A stretch of DNA of 64,000 nucleotides from Glycera tridactyla (GCA_965644265.1 OZ286461.1:96534001-96598000); one strand, 5' to 3'; counted from the first letter of the stretch, positions 26,695-41,430 are shown. Made by a program: numbers and translations. Notes: generated by a model from the letters alone, not told the origin.

Positions 26695-29600
26695 CTCAGT
26701 GAAATCATACGAAACAAAGAATCAGTATAATGAACGTGAGGTAGTATGGATAGGGGGGGGGGGGGGGGGGAGGGGGCATAGGCAAGGATATTGAGCGAAG
26801 GAAAAGTAATACCTGGCTGCTGCATTGACCTCCTTTCCGACATCCAGGATAATACGTTAGCGTCGAGTCATCACGTTACATCCGGTGCGGGAACTCATCC
26901 CTGGAGACTTGTCAAAAGTTTGTGTTGGTTGATCTACATCCGGACTAGTTCCTTTGTCATATAACGGTCGACGACCTCAGAATCTGACTGACATCTATCT
27001 AAGGCGTATAGCCTTCCTTCTAAACTAGCATTCTGGGAAACAATACCCGTTGTTGAGGTGCCCGTATCAATATTGTCTCGGGTGGTTACTTGATTATTAA
27101 ACGCTGCTTCAGCACATTCAACATTAGCAAATGGGACACTCGGGAATCCCTTTTCTGCGAAAATGGAGAGGGAGCAATATATTCTTCACGATGCGCCGTG
27201 GAAAACCACGGATGTACTATACCTTGAATTACAACGTGTGTACTTCCCCGAGCCTGAAGGGTCTTCTTCATTTTAATCACTGCGCTTTGCAGATGTGACC
27301 CTGCTGCTTAGGGAACAATTCGAGATAACAGATTGATGACCTTGACCTTGTCATGTCGGAGGCTACCTCATTCATTATAAAAGTGGATGAACACATATAA
27401 TACGAAATCACCAGATGTTGGATGCTGCAAGTGCCTCCTTCCGATAGAGAAATTGTTGAGTTCTTTTCCCATGCAAACGATTTAAAAGCAATAACCAACT
27501 GATCCAAGGGCTACCGACCAGTACCTGCAGATGAAATTGCTGGAATGAAAAAAGAACATTTTAACATGATTGAACTCTCCTGAGACCATTTATACATTTC
27601 AACAAGATTGAACTCTTCTGAAATCATTTAGTCTCCTGAAACTAAGTATTGCCCTGAAACGATTTATTCTTTCATACAGTCTACCAGGGCTCACATGACC
27701 CATCTCGTCAGCTGTCCTTCAGGTTCGTCGAGTACAATTTCTCATATGACCTCTCGCACACAATCTCCCCTGTGGGTTATATACTAAATCCTGGTTGTAG
27801 CATGTCTGTGTCTGTGTCTGTTTGTATGCGTGTCTTACAAGTTTGGAGCCTTATATATCGAAATGAAAATCATTATATTGTTAGCTCACTGATGGTGAGT
27901 TTGATGGAAGGATTTCCAATATCAGAATCGATGAGGAATGTCTCACGAGTTTTCACCTCTATAGGATAGAGATCGATGAGGGATTCAATCGATCTTCAGA
28001 TCATCCCTGATTATTCTATCACAACAAACATCCATATCACCCATATTACTCCCATTTTCACCACTGGTGAATGCTGATGAACGAAACTAGTTCGAAGCCA
28101 TACCATTGGCTGATTCTGAATCACTTGCAAAGTCATTTGGAGAGTNNNNNNNNNNNNNNNNNNNNNNNNNNNNNNNNNNNNNNNNNNNNNNNNNNNNNNN
28201 NNNNNNNNNNNNNNNNNNNNNNNNNNNNNNNNNNNNNNNNNNNNNNNNNNNNNNNNNNNNNNNNNNNNNNNNNNNNNNNNNNNNNNNNNNTCCATCCATA
28301 CATGAGTTGCTACAATCAAATATTGTTTGATTCCCCGCGAATGAGATGTTTCTGACGTCATATTTATCTGAATAGGGCGCTCGATCACTTAGCACTGTTA
28401 TGTCATTGGCTAATGGCATTATTCTGCAATGCAATGAATCACACACGGTTCCCTTCATATTGTGGGGAACTAAAGCACGGAAAAAGGATCATATAGCTAT
28501 ATGATATATATTGTATCATGCTTCAGCAGTTCTGGATAATACTTGAATAATGTATAATTTCAATATTTAGATTTCGAAAGAACTGATGCAGCCATGTAGA
28601 ATAATTTAATGAGTGGAATCCTACCTCGACTCTAACTTGGTAAGTGACGATGAAGGAGATAATTACTTGTATGTTATCATGATGTCTGTTGTTGGACCAC
28701 TTTTCGCCTCGTCATCATAATCATCCACTCCATTCATATAATTGGCATCAGACACGATGAAAAAGGTAAGATTCCTAATCAACAGTTGAGTAAGTACAAT
28801 GACTATAGATCCATGAAACGATGCTGCTCGGTGTAAATGTTTGAAATCAACATTTCATAGAATGATTATCATCAATGCTTAGTTACCTGGGTTGTAAGGA
28901 CTCATTCCCAAATGATGAATGCTTCATCAATTTTGGAGTAGAATGAATGGATTAGTAATGAATATAGCTCAGCTTAGAGGTGGGTCATTGAGAAACACCT
29001 GGAGTCATCTCTACGTTCTGGTGTGAAATTAACGATTGTTCTTGTCCCCACTGAACGCTCTGAAAACACAGCTCCTGCTTGGCACTCAAAAATAAATGGC
29101 ACCTATCAAACGAACGTTTTCTGGATGTGAGGTTCGAGTGATAGAATCTGCATTCTTTGACTATCACCGAAGCATGCGGATGATATTAACTGTAGGCAGA
29201 GTGTAGAATCAATGACATGCGTGATATTGGGCAAATATCTCGACTCGGATCTATCAAATAAATAGATAACAAGAAATTTCTTCAAAAAGAAGAATGGTCG
29301 TCGATTTACAGCGGANNNNNNNNNNNNNNNNNNNNNNNNNNNNNNNNNNNNNNNNNNNNNNNNNNNNNNNNNNNNNNNNNNNNNNNNNNNNNNNNNNNNN
29401 NNNNNNNNNNNNNNNNNNNNNNNNNNNNNNNNNNNNNNNNNNNNTATCTCAGGATGGAGTTTGTCGATCCCGGGCACTTGATTCACTCGGCCATTGTCGT
29501 TGCGTGCGAATGTGGTTCACGGGCAGGCTGCTCACACCTTGCGGTCTCTCGATGAATACGATTCCCGTACTCACCAGTGGGTCGCAAGCGGCGAGAATTT

Positions 29601-29779
29601 AGCGACAGACCGGCTAATGTGACTCGATTAGATGATGAAGTGATTTCCATTATATACAGTCGGGTATAATCCATGCATAAATTGTGTGAATCCATTGTAT
29701 ACCCGCCAGAAACAGTGAACTATCGATCGAGTGGCAACTTCTTCCCCGTCTTCCTTGCGCGCCATCTTTGCGAACTGTT

Positions 29780-30130
29780 ATGACATCACAGGGGTTTCCC
29801 AATGATGGCACTGTCTTTGACCACCGTGTGTCGCTTTTCTTAAGATATTTTTCTTTGTAAATGTTCTCACACAGTCAATCATCTACGATCTCCAAATTTA
29901 GCAATGTTTCACGTGGAAACTTGTGTTTCTCATACATTTCACACATTTTTCAATCAGTTTCAGTTCAATTCTGATGATTTAATAGCGATCGTTTACAAAT
30001 GGTAGCCCATGGAACATGTGTGTTAAACATGGTCAAATCATCGAAGATGACCCCTTGAAATGGACGATAGTAATGTCTAGATTGGGTGGGAATCCCAAAG
30101 TGAAAATAGTACCGTTTCCGACGGAAAAAG
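29780..30130. repeat. Dispersed repeat with an inverted copy at ~46433-46835 (probably a non-autonomous DNA transposon)
   Basis: The reverse complement aligns closely (TTTTCCGTCGGA-ACGGTACTATTTTCACTTTGGG-TTCCCAC-CAATCTAGACATTACTATCGTCCATTT...GTGAAACATTGCTAAATTTGGA). Homology resumes (ACAGTGCCAT...GTGAYGTCATA) after an (ATA)n-tailed insert in the 46 kb copy. Confidence 0.75.
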
Positions 30131-30399
30131 GCATACATATACAGCACCTCCATACCATCATGACGCGCTCTCCATTTGCCTCAAAGTGCAACTAGAGCCA
30201 ATTGGATGTGATATGGTACATGACTCATTCCCTTACTTTCAATTGCATCCCTTTAATGATATTGGGAAAAGTTTGGCGTATCATCTGTCATGTTGGGCAG
30301 GATCGTTATACACTCATTTCAAAATGAACATTTCATACGATATCACCCGAGTATCTACGACCACTCAAAGACTGAAGGCATGCCACATTAGTACAAGGC

Positions 30400-31010
30400 T
30401 TGGAATTAGTCTGATAACTGATTGGAAGTATACATCTCAGAATAGGGGGACGGATGTAGAGATGTTTGAAGTTCAATTATCATGTCTCGTCCTGGAATAC
30501 CACAAATATCATCATCACGAAATGAGGGTCATGCGCCTGAATGGTTGTATTTGCCTGGACCGATTTCACTGGTTGCAGATGCCATGCTTTCTGCTTTGTG
30601 TGCTTGATTAAGCGGCAATGAAGCATCACTAACATGATTTATTTTATGGTTTTGCTGTAGTACCATCATGGGAAAACATCAGTAGTACATCAAAATGCAC
30701 TCTACCACTCAGCGATTAAACGATATCATCCCCAACCAAGTGGAAGGCAGTGATCTGATTTCAGATCCGCAATTTCTAACGATGTCAAGTGGTGTATTCC
30801 TTTAATGAGACATTCATGGACACTCATAACTTGACATGTCTAATCGGAGTTCACTGGATGGATGCATAAGTTTTTCACAGAAAGTTCTCCCTGGCCGCAT
30901 ACCAAGAATCGTACAAGGTATAGTCTCAAATGAGAAGTCTATAAATGTATTTTTCCTGCTCTTCAGGTATCTTTGGTGGAACCTCAGTTGCTTCAGACTG
31001 ACATCGATAG
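30400..31010 (-). mobile_element. Decayed LINE ORF2 fragment, related to 39410-39860 and 44780-46300
   Basis: All three loci share a nucleotide block (GCTTGATTA-GC-GCAATGAAGC-TCACTAACA-GATTTATTTTATGG, more diverged at 39 kb) and a minus-frame peptide C-L-Y..FP.M..Q.HKIN.VS.ASL. The longest copy continues into RT-like motifs. Confidence 0.5.
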
Positions 31011-31233
31011 ATTAACCGGCAACATAGAAAAATGGAGAGAAAGTCGTTCCGTGAGATTTGGAGAAACTTGAAGAACATCCTTCATGCCCTGGGTATCTGA
31101 CTTGGCATATCAATATATAATGTACAAAAGTATGAGCATCCATGTTCATGCTGAGGATATATTTCGTGAGATATTTGGTATCTGGTCTACCATGAGGCAA
31201 GGGTAGGCATCCCAAGGACAAGAGGATGTGCTG

Positions 31234-31684
31234 TAGTGTTCCGCCGATCGATGCAAAGATCGATTTAATCGACGATTCCGGGTGCCGATCCAATTAATCG
31301 GTGCTCATTTTTGGGATCGATCAAAAATCGCTAAATGAGTGGATGACCACCATTTTTTCAAGAACAGAAGGGATCATGAAAATACGACGAACATTTGCAA
31401 AATACAGATTGGTGTCTATATAAACACTCATTCTAACCTGTGAATCACGAGTTTTTCTTGATGACAACTGTGTGGAATATCCACCATCGCTTCATAATTA
31501 CTGATCGGAACTGTATGAATCATATATCTCTATAGTCGCACGACCCTAGCACACACGTGAGTGAGAACGGTATATGAATATCGGAGGTTTCCCACTCCAA
31601 GAGAAGACCGATCTGAGATCGATCATCACTCGCTCATCATGCCGATTAATCGATCCTGGTTTTTGGCGCCGAGTCCGAACACTA
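31234..31684. mobile_element. Non-autonomous hAT-type DNA transposon (451 bp)
   Basis: TIRs TAGTGTTC / GAACACTA, a perfect 8-bp TSD ATGTGCTG (31226-31233 and 31685-31692), and repeated subterminal GATCGAT/AATCG motifs at both ends. An 8-bp TSD with TAG termini fits hAT. Confidence 0.85.
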
Positions 31685-32849
31685 ATGTGCTGAGTGATGA
31701 CTCTTATATCTTAAATTTAGAGTCGAACATTTGAGATTACAAGGTTGTTCGCACTGCTCGCCGCATTGGATACTTCCGGTCGTGACAAAGTGCGAAATTT
31801 ACAGCGCTTTCCAGAAGCCAGCTGCCCAGAAAAGTGTATAGCAGAATAGTGCTAGTGCCGAGATCAGATGAGAGGTGAAAGGTTTATTCGAGCTATGGAC
31901 TACGTCATCATATGTAGGTGAAAGGGTTTCTCTTTTATGGTCTTTCCATCAAACTACAACATTGGTGTCCACTTTTCTTATCGCGAAAGTAATGCTTCAC
32001 AGATAATCAATGTCCATGCAGTCTCTCGCGGGTCATCAGGTTTCCACTTGACATCAAGGCAGCTCTTTGAACCTCTCAATCGACTTTCACTTTGGCCTGC
32101 GTTTCAGGCTGCTGACAATTCCATCTCATATTTGTTTTTGTACTTTCCCACCAACGTTGCAACGGCATATGCCACTGGGACACATCCATTTCACAGTTGG
32201 AGGCTTAATCGGTGATCAGATTTCGATACTACGCTGATGATAAACGCCGGTGAGACTTACATGAAATGCTGAAATATCGATAGGATATACGACAAAATTA
32301 CCACAATTTCAGAGCAAAACATGATACGACTGCAGCAGCACATGGTGGGGCTATCACTCGAACTGAGGAGAATATATTGTCGTTACTTTCTTGATTCTGG
32401 TGGACCTGACTACAATATCCGCTTGATCTAATCAGTGTTCAACATCAGACGTTGACAAATCAATCATCATGACATATCCCATGTAACAGGTGCCAGGATT
32501 GTCGATTGGCTTGGTCTGAGCGTTCCCCCCGGCCCTACTCTATTGAAACCACCTCCCTATACAGAATGCCATCATGGTGTATGATATCCAAGGTGTTACT
32601 TCACCGATTCCATCAGTTCTCTTGCTCCTCGGTATTTGATAACGATCCCCTACTCCTTGCTTGCTAAGAGATGAGAGGATCACCTCTTTTTATTTAAAAA
32701 CATGGAGAGGTCAGAGTGACATCTTATCCAAAAAGTAGACAGCAATTTGATACAAAATAATCAATAGAACGAAATTTATTCACACCCTATGGTACAATGA
32801 TGACAATATATAAATCAAGGTGAGTGTACGGTAATTTAAAATAGATGTC

Positions 32850-33170
32850 ACGATGTCATGATGTTTTGTTTGATAGGTGATTTCACCTGACTGATATGGC
32901 AGTGCTCCCGTTTCTACTACACTTGCGATCACCCATACACAATCTGCCATGATGGTGTGTCCGGTGGGAGGTATCACGAGAATGAGTCTGACACGTCTTC
33001 TGTTTTTACATCACTGACAATCCCCCAAACACATGATGTCATGATGGTGTGATCGATTGAATGTGTCACTTGAATAGTTTTGAGAATGTTGTTCCAACTT
33101 TACTGACAATCCCCTCCCATGTCTTGATGGTGTGATTGATCGAAGGTGTCACCTGACTGATTCGTAAAGT
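32850..33170. repeat. Degenerate tandem repeat, ~90 bp x ~4
   Basis: ATGATGGTGTG...TCAC(C/T)TGA recurs at roughly 85-93 bp spacing. Confidence 0.55.
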
Positions 33171-33229
33171 TCTGTTTCCACTCACTCATTTTGACTGCTT
33201 TCCTATTTTTCTCCACCCAAAGTTCCTCT

Positions 33230-33480
33230 AACTCAAAATTGCATGATAGTTTGATTGATCGGTTGCGTTATTTGGTTTGTTCTGACTGTGCTCCTGTTTC
33301 TCCCCCATTGGCAATACGCTCTTTAGAAGATGCTCTGATGGTGTGAGTTGAAGCTGTGGGTCAATGACGCCCAAGCTCAGATATCCATTTTTCACTTGTG
33401 CTTGATTAGCGTGCATCAGAGCATGAAGCAATCCAAGACATGGTTGACATCCCTCACATCCCACAAAAGAACAATTAAGG
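33230..33480 (-). mobile_element. Decayed RTE-clade LINE 3' fragment
   Basis: LWDVRDVNHVL followed by GYLSLGVI...TPSEHLLKSVLPMGEK resembles the RTE C-terminal W.D.V.N.EVL...LRWLGHV.RM...PKQLLYGEL..G.R. Confidence 0.4.
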
Positions 33481-35521
33481 CAACAATGTCTCACTAAATC
33501 GTGTGATTTATAGGCTGGTCTTCTTGTTCGAACATTTGTCAGCTTTTCCCGAGTAGCCTACCTCAATGACAATGAGCACAGCATCTGCATTCGCGGGTCT
33601 CTGACATGACTGTTCACACATTGGGATAAATGGTATATGCATTCAAATGAGTGACCACACTGTGTACAAGTGAGTCTAATAAGTCACGTTGGTATTAAGA
33701 TATTCCATAAAGTGATCTTAATTAAAGCAGAAGCTTATTTCAAACACCATGTTATATTCATTGATCATATGAAATGGAAAAAGTCAGATCAGATCGCAGT
33801 CTGAATTCGGTCGCCAGGATGTCTGCAACGTAGAGATAATCTCTTGCTATGGGTGACTGACTTCCATCAATATTCTATCATGTATCCCTGACACGCAAAT
33901 GCAATGTACTGATAGGCTGACCTCATGCCCTGATTCAGTAAGGTTTCTTATTTTTCTTCAAAAGACTGTGAAGTGGAATCTCACCAGATGCACAATTGCA
34001 GCACTGATTTGCTCATAGCTGGTTAGTGTGGCGACATTTTATGGTGTTATCGCTGCGCATGATTGCATGCCCATTCTGGATTTCTTATTCTCAGTCATCC
34101 TGTGGTTTGATTGGAATGAAAGAAACAGTCTACGCCCAACTCACCCCACTTACCTCCTCCAAGATTATCTAGATGAAGAATACTGCAAACACCGATGTAC
34201 CAAGACGAGATGACAGTTCTGTATGCTGTACCGTCTTTCGGAAGTGAACTGGGCCATTTATACGATTTCTGGGTACATGCACTGGATGAATCTGATTAGG
34301 TAAGTACAGGCCAGTCGTTATATACCATCCATACTACGTTAAGGACATCCATGATTGTCATTAGATAGATACTTGCATTTCATTTATTTAGTCTGTATCA
34401 TATGTGGGATACATACATGGTGGGGATGGCAACGTGAACTATCAATTCATCATCTAACCGGTCTAGGTGACTTTTGAGCTCATCTCTTTTGTCATCGAGA
34501 TTTACGTTAGCATTGTTCTTCCCCCGTGACAAGTGCCTGCAGAGGCAATTAATTCGGTAGCAAGTTTGCGCAACGATATCACTACGCAACCATTCTAAGA
34601 TGGCATTACAAAATTCGGACAAATGAGTGGATCATTTGATCAATCAATCAAGCACGCCAACCATCATCCGAACAACAATTCATATAATCTATCAGCTGTA
34701 GTCAGAAGACCAGCAAGCTAGGCATCAACTCTGTCAGTCGGTCCGCCTTTGAATCTTTGGTGTTGACTATCTCCTTCATCATTCGAACAAGATTAGAGAC
34801 CTTCAACCAATGCAGAATGACAAGTGATGTCCATGGCAAGAATACCAATAGATCATCCTGTCAGGCTTCTCAGCGTACCTGTAGTGAATTGAAACATGTT
34901 TGCTTACTTCTCTTTATACAATGCGATAATGCAATAATTCCACACATGTACATGTAAAGCACAATTCTATCGATTAGCCAATCGAGTAGATCAGTCAACA
35001 TCAGCAGAAAAGTGTCCATCGTTCTCTTGAAGGAGACACTGATGTCAGGAATTCAGTTTGAGGCTCATGAAATTTGAGCAATCCGTGAGGATTGCAGACA
35101 ACCTAGATTGAGAAAAGAATCACGATGTTACATGTGGCTCATTCATAACATTTTCCCGTCCCATGACCAATATGAGCACGATACGTGTTGTTGTCAGGTG
35201 GGTCATGTTCGATTGAATGACAATATATCTGAGTTTATCTGAAGCATGGATTCGACCAGGTCAGCAGGGGCAGGGCAAAACGGCATTGGATATCAGATTT
35301 CCGAAAGCTTTCCCAATTGATTACTCGAGCCATACTGTCATATTTGCAATACTTCCAGCAAACCACCCATTAGCTCAAGAAAAATATGATTTCACAATGA
35401 AGTTCTCACATGCCAGAGAGAGAGAGAGAGAAAAAAGACAAAGAGAGAGAGAGAGAGGGAGAGGGGGGGGGGGGGGGGGAGGACGTGGGATGAGTGTTGT
35501 TCCCATGATGCAGACGACGCA

Positions 35522-35682
35522 CAGTCGAACCTGTCTATACAGACCGCCCTCGGTCGCATCAAAATGCGGTCTTAATAGAGCGATTGTTCACTGTTGAAAA
35601 TACTACCACGGTCACAGCTCAGGGTGGTCTTTCTAGCGAGGTGGTCTTTATAGCGAGGTGGTCTTAAGAGCAGGCTCGATTG
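35522..35682. mobile_element. Tc1/mariner-pogo-type MITE (161 bp)
   Basis: TIRs CAGTCGAACCTG / CAGGCTCGATTG (2 mismatches), TA on the right and CA on the left (a degenerate TA TSD), and an internal triplicated GGTGGTCTT motif. Confidence 0.65.
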
Positions 35683-38600
35683 TATTCTGTTCTTAAGATC
35701 TAGTGCGTTATGTGTTTCAACTGCAGTAACCCTCGTACTGCGTCTCTCATGCGTAGGTTTTTCATGTTTTCGTTGGCCGCTGGACCACACAAGCGTGTCA
35801 TATGACTCCGTGGTGTATTGCTCAATTGAGGATAAAGTCTTCCAAAAAGAGATATGAAATACTCTGAAGTTGGAGTGATCTCCAAACCACATGGGTCATT
35901 CGGATACGTTGTGATGAAGCAGAGTGAACCCTCCTGACAGAGCACTCCCGAAGGAAATTCAACTGCTAGAAATTTAGCTTACCCACATGAGCTAGACACA
36001 TGTATTTCCGTGTTACAGGATGGCATGACAAGTACTATTCCTATGGCGTGTTTTTGTGAGACAAACGATGAGCAGACGCGGGGCGTGATGCAATTATCTA
36101 AATAATTTGATAGATTGAATGCGCAGAGATATATAGATGGATTCGTGGCAGGTGGATGGATGGATCGATAGTTGGATAAATAGATAAAATAATAAATGGA
36201 TGGATGNNNNNNNNNNNNNNNNNNNNNNNNNNNNNNNNNNNNNNNNNNNNNNNNNNNNNNNNNNNNNNNNNNNNNNNNNNNNNNNNNNNNNNNNNNNNNN
36301 NNNNNNNNNNNNNNNNNNNNNNNNNNNNNNNNNNNNNNNNNNNNNNNNNNNNNNNNNNNNNNNNNNNNNNNNNNNNNNNNNNNNNNNNNNNNNNNNNNNN
36401 NNNNNNNNNNNNNNNNNNNNNNNNNNNNNNNNNNNNNNNNNNNNNNNNNNNNNNNNNNNNNNNNNNNNNNNNNNNNNNNNNNNNNNNNNNNNNNNNNNNN
36501 NNNNNNNNNNNNNNNNNNNNNNNNNNNNNNNNNNNNNNNNNNNNNNNNNNNNNNNNNNNNNNNNNNNNNNNNNNNNNNNNNNNNNNNNNNNNNNNNNNNN
36601 NNNNNNNNNNNNNNNNNNNNNNNNNNNNNNNNNGCATTACCCTCTGTATGGACCATGTCCTTCCAAACCCAACCAGACAATGGACCAGAATGATCTCGTC
36701 AGTGATTGCCATTGAAGTATTTCTCAAGTCAGTATGGTACAAGGGCTTTAACGACTTGACAAATTGCAACCACACGTTGGATTCCGGCACGTTTGTTAGC
36801 CTTCCATCATGCCCCTGATTAGATTCAAATTGGCCGTTCCCAGGACCATTATTACATCACTTGTCACAATGGGATGACTGCTTCGTGTGAGAGACCTGGA
36901 GATTACGCAGCCTCATCCTTCGAAAAGATGTGAACTGAGAAAAGTAAACTTTATCCGGTAACATCAAGGCAACATTGCATTTCCGAATTCTGGCAGTTGT
37001 GATGGCTGTGATGAATTCGCAATTTGTAGAAATTGGCAATGGATTGCTGCAATCATGCCAAGCAAAGTCATTTCATCTTTGTGAACTCTCTTGTTAGTGT
37101 GAGAGTTTTGGAAGGATGACAAATAGCGTGCATTTCTTAAGAGTAGCTCACTCTGAATCAAGCCTTCATGACAGAATGGTCATATATTCGAGAATTGTCG
37201 TACTGATATAGCAATTACTATTCGACAACTCGTTTATTCTCCCTACTGCACGAATGACAAGGGGTGCTAGCTTCCAGCCTTCGCTCTAACTACGCTCAAA
37301 TCTGAAGGGCGGATTCCGGAAACTATATTCCCGTGATATTACTCAAAGGTTGTACGATAACTCTATTCACATGAACTCTCAGCAAATAGTTCAACCAGAC
37401 TCATATTGTACCCAGTGAAATATAGAGGAGTCGAATGGCTAGGCAGGTTTATTAAACACATAAGAATTCACACTTATCTTGGGACTTTTGTATGAGCTCG
37501 ACATGATAGCATAACAAAGTTTCTGGAGATAGGAGTACCATTGACTATGAAGGTATGATTCGGATTATTCGGATGGACAAGTACATGCAGCATCAAGGGT
37601 AAGGCATTGTACCTGCAGAAAATACTTGTATTATCAGATAAGATTAGAGACAGTCACTACAAGGCTACTGACCAGCACGATTTTTTTCCCTAACGAATGG
37701 CCATGACACGTCTTCCCTCTCAACACATCAATGTGGCTTTCTCACAAACACTAAGAGGACATCATGCACGAGTATATGATAACTGCTAACATAAATTCCT
37801 AAGCCATATCTCCACATTTGCATGCCGTTTCGTCAGAGTAAATGTGATTTAAAAGTAGACGTGGCTACTCTCCAGTGATATAGTTCCCTTGTGGACTCTG
37901 GTAGCCGAGCGTGCAAATTCCAACTCTGGGAATATATGTGAATCTGCCACTCCCTCTCCTGTCAGCATTATGCGGTTTGTTTGACTAAAGTGATCGCTCA
38001 AGCTTACTTATATCCCTGCTTGTCACTCAAGGCACTCGAGCGTGTGGCAGATAGCATTCTAATGTAGGAGATGAGCGCAGCAGTGCAATAAATCAGGCAT
38101 GGCTCACTCCCCTTTGTGGGGGAACAAGGCAAGAAAAATACTGAGATATGTATGCCAATTCGCTCCAGTGATCTCGAATCGTGATTTCCGAGAATGTGAT
38201 GAAAACATGGATCAACTTGATGGTAAAATCGATCCGGAACCCCAGCTTCATTCTCTATGACAAATCTGACCCCTCCATTACTGTGATGAGCGTATTACTG
38301 TGAATATTTGCACACGGCCAAGAAACTTTTTTAGGCCAAGATTACAGTCTGGCATTGAAACTATTTGGTACATTCACATAAAATCAAATCAGAGGTCCTC
38401 TATTTTTCCTAGACAAAAACAAATCAGAGCCAGGGCTCTGATTTTCTGCTCATGCGTGCTCACAAAAAACATGAATGGTAGAAAATATCACGGCCAGCTT
38501 AGTAGTGCAAATGGAACTCAGAAAAGCACCAGAAACCAGAAACTAAGGGACAGAGTACATAAATCAGAATGTGTAGCTGATACTCATTCTGAATTCAGAG

Positions 38601-41199
38601 AACAAATAGGAACAAATGGCAGATCTGAATTATTGACAAAATCTGTTCTAATCATTATAAATATATTGATAACTTGAGTCAATCTCCTTCAACTGTGGCA
38701 TGACTGCTATTCGCCCAAAGAGGAAAGGGAATTCGATTTGGATATGTGTTAATTCTTCAAGGTATTGCTAACTGCATGCTAGCCGTATTGTATGTGGTTT
38801 TCATCTCATTTCATCTCATCACCTGGTCAGAATGACGCAAACAGTACTTGAGAAACCTTCAATTCTTCAGTTATATTGAGACGATGAGACAACTGCTTTC
38901 CTCTAACTCATCTAGAAGCAATAATTTCAAAACATTTGCTTTGTTCGAACATATATACTCCTTATCCTGTACCCACCTTGATATGAATGTTTCAGTCGGA
39001 TGAACGATCAGAGCCTTCGGAATCGAAGCTACGTTGAAGGCGATTGTCCGTACGATGTTCTAGTTGTGGAACAAAAACACATCTATAGGAAAACCGAAGC
39101 CTTCTTCTCTGTCGAGATCTGGTTCCATTAGTGATGCACAATACGAACTAATCAATTTCATATGACATCATTTTTTGGCTTCGGATAAACCTTATATATG
39201 GTCCTTCTAGCGGTACATTTGATCTACTGATGAAATGATGCTGCTCGAGATGGGAATACTCGTCTAAATTGACCCATCGTTCTCAGAGAACACACATCAT
39301 CCGCTCATCATTCAGGCATAGGTTACAGGAAAAGACAGTTTTATCTGACTTGATTTTGTTTGTCATCTTCCCCCGAAAACCATTTTGAGGGAGGGAGGGC
39401 CAAGAGTCACTAGGAGTAGGTTATGTTCAGGTCGGCCTTCAGAGGTGCTAACAACAGTTTACTGGTTTCGGATGTCATTTTTTGCGTCATCCATGATTGA
39501 TCAAGCGGGGATAAAGTCCAACTAACAAGATCTATTTTATGTCGTTGTGGTACCATCAAGCGAAAAAAACCGAAGTACACCAGAATGCACTCCATCTCCC
39601 GCGATCAGGCGTGGTTGTTCCCGAGCAGATGGAAACCATGGGAACTGATTCGATATCACCATGGTAGACAGTTGCGTGATTCACCGGTAAAGCATGGTAT
39701 TTTCGGTAATCTTCTCATCATTAGATTATCCCTCCATCTGCGACTTCTCAGCAAAGGTATGCATCGTGATGACAGCTAGCCCCATGGCATAACACTACTC
39801 ATTCAAGATGCTGAGGAGATTTGGGTAAGACTCGAGGAAGATTTCAGGTGTTGAACATGAAACGGTCTGTGGAATCCCGGGCCATGGCGCAGAAAGTACG
39901 AATACTAATTTTCGAATCATGATTGAGAATTTGAATGAATTGGGCAATATCTGGGCTGGAAATCACCGTGCTTGTATTCGTATTTGAGGACTGTGACCTG
40001 GAATAGAATCTACTCTGTTTTCCCTCGAAACCTTCATTTAAAGTCAGCGAGGTACTTCTAATCTGACACCTGCCCCTAATTGCATTAGTACAATCCAGGC
40101 CAACTTCTTCGTGGCACGCTTGACAGACACAAAGACGGACAGGCAGGCTGACTAAGGGAAAGAGAGTGAACCTTTTGGAGAGTAAGTTACGAAAGGACTA
40201 AATGGACACTATTATGATCTATGAATCAATGAAGATAGCTGTTTCGTGATTCCTCATATTCATTTCTATAACATTGTAGTACAATATGGTACACCGACAG
40301 TGATTATCCATCAGGATGCTGCACTTGAACCCTTGGAGACCCAGCAACGAGCCAAGAGGGGGGGGGGGGGGCAAAGTAAGACATGTAGAGTGAAATAGAG
40401 CTCAGGGAGTGGAGTGGTCCAAATGGCCAGTACTATATCAAGGCATGGCGCAGAAAAGCAATACACGTTCAGGAACACATACATCCACATACATAAACCT
40501 TTTTCATGAGCGTTCACGGGACCCCGGTGGAAGATGTGATGCTTGATTGAACCCTACCTATCCCTGTCCTTTGGACCGAGTGCATCTTTGATTTATCACG
40601 CGCTCACATATCGAGCATGAATGAACTAGCACATAGCTTACTAAGTTTGCTCTTGCTGCGTGCTTAACCAAAAGCACTATCACCAAATATATCTCATGAT
40701 TCGACAGTTGCTTGATGATGTGTGGTAGGCTGAAAATATCATTTGCCCCGCTGAAGTCCGGCCTGACCTGGATATTAAGCGAATATGTGGACTCCCTATT
40801 CCAATAATTCTACTTATCTCAACAATAAACAGCAGAACCGCTCCACAATAATGATATATGCATATGTCTAGACCCCACTGGAACATGGTTGCAGGGACTG
40901 GAAATACCATGAAGCTGATTGGCAGCATTTTGTATATAAAAAAGGACATCGAATATGGAATTCAGAGAGCTGTTCCCACCCGCTACGCCATATGATTTCG
41001 ATGAAAAGATTATTCAGCCCTCTTTATCGATGGTGTGGTTCTGAGCGATCACTTATGTCTCCAACTCGGACGCCAGTGCTGCCTTTTTCAGACTTTTCGG
41101 CATTTTCGGCATTCACGTCCATTTCGATAGAATGAACCTCGTCACCAAGACTAATGGCATGAGAATGCGTCCAGCGAGACACCTAATGATGGACATTCA

Positions 41200-41430
41200 T
41201 GACTTATGTCCCGGTTGGAGTCTCATCTCACTACTTTTATAGAAGTGATAACATGTATTCATGGAGATAAATCTATAAGTGGCTATATTTTGACCTGGCC
41301 ATAGACTTTTGGTTGCTTTCTGATTCTTATATTCAGGAGCTAATATTTCCCAAGAAGCCAGCAAGAGAGCCCACTTTCGGTCATTGATGAGGCCAATGAA
41401 GCCGAAACTCGTCGATATAGCTTTAGTCAA
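41200..41430 (-). mobile_element. Decayed LINE RT fragment
   Basis: PGQNIATYRFISMNTCYHFYKSSEMRL resembles the RT motif NYRPISLLN.DYKI..K.L..RL. Confidence 0.35.

Noticed and set aside
36850-37170. Possible Ty3/gypsy integrase remnant on the minus strand
   Set aside because: The resemblance (SNPLPISTNCEF vs SDNGPQF..EF) is too faint to support without a search.
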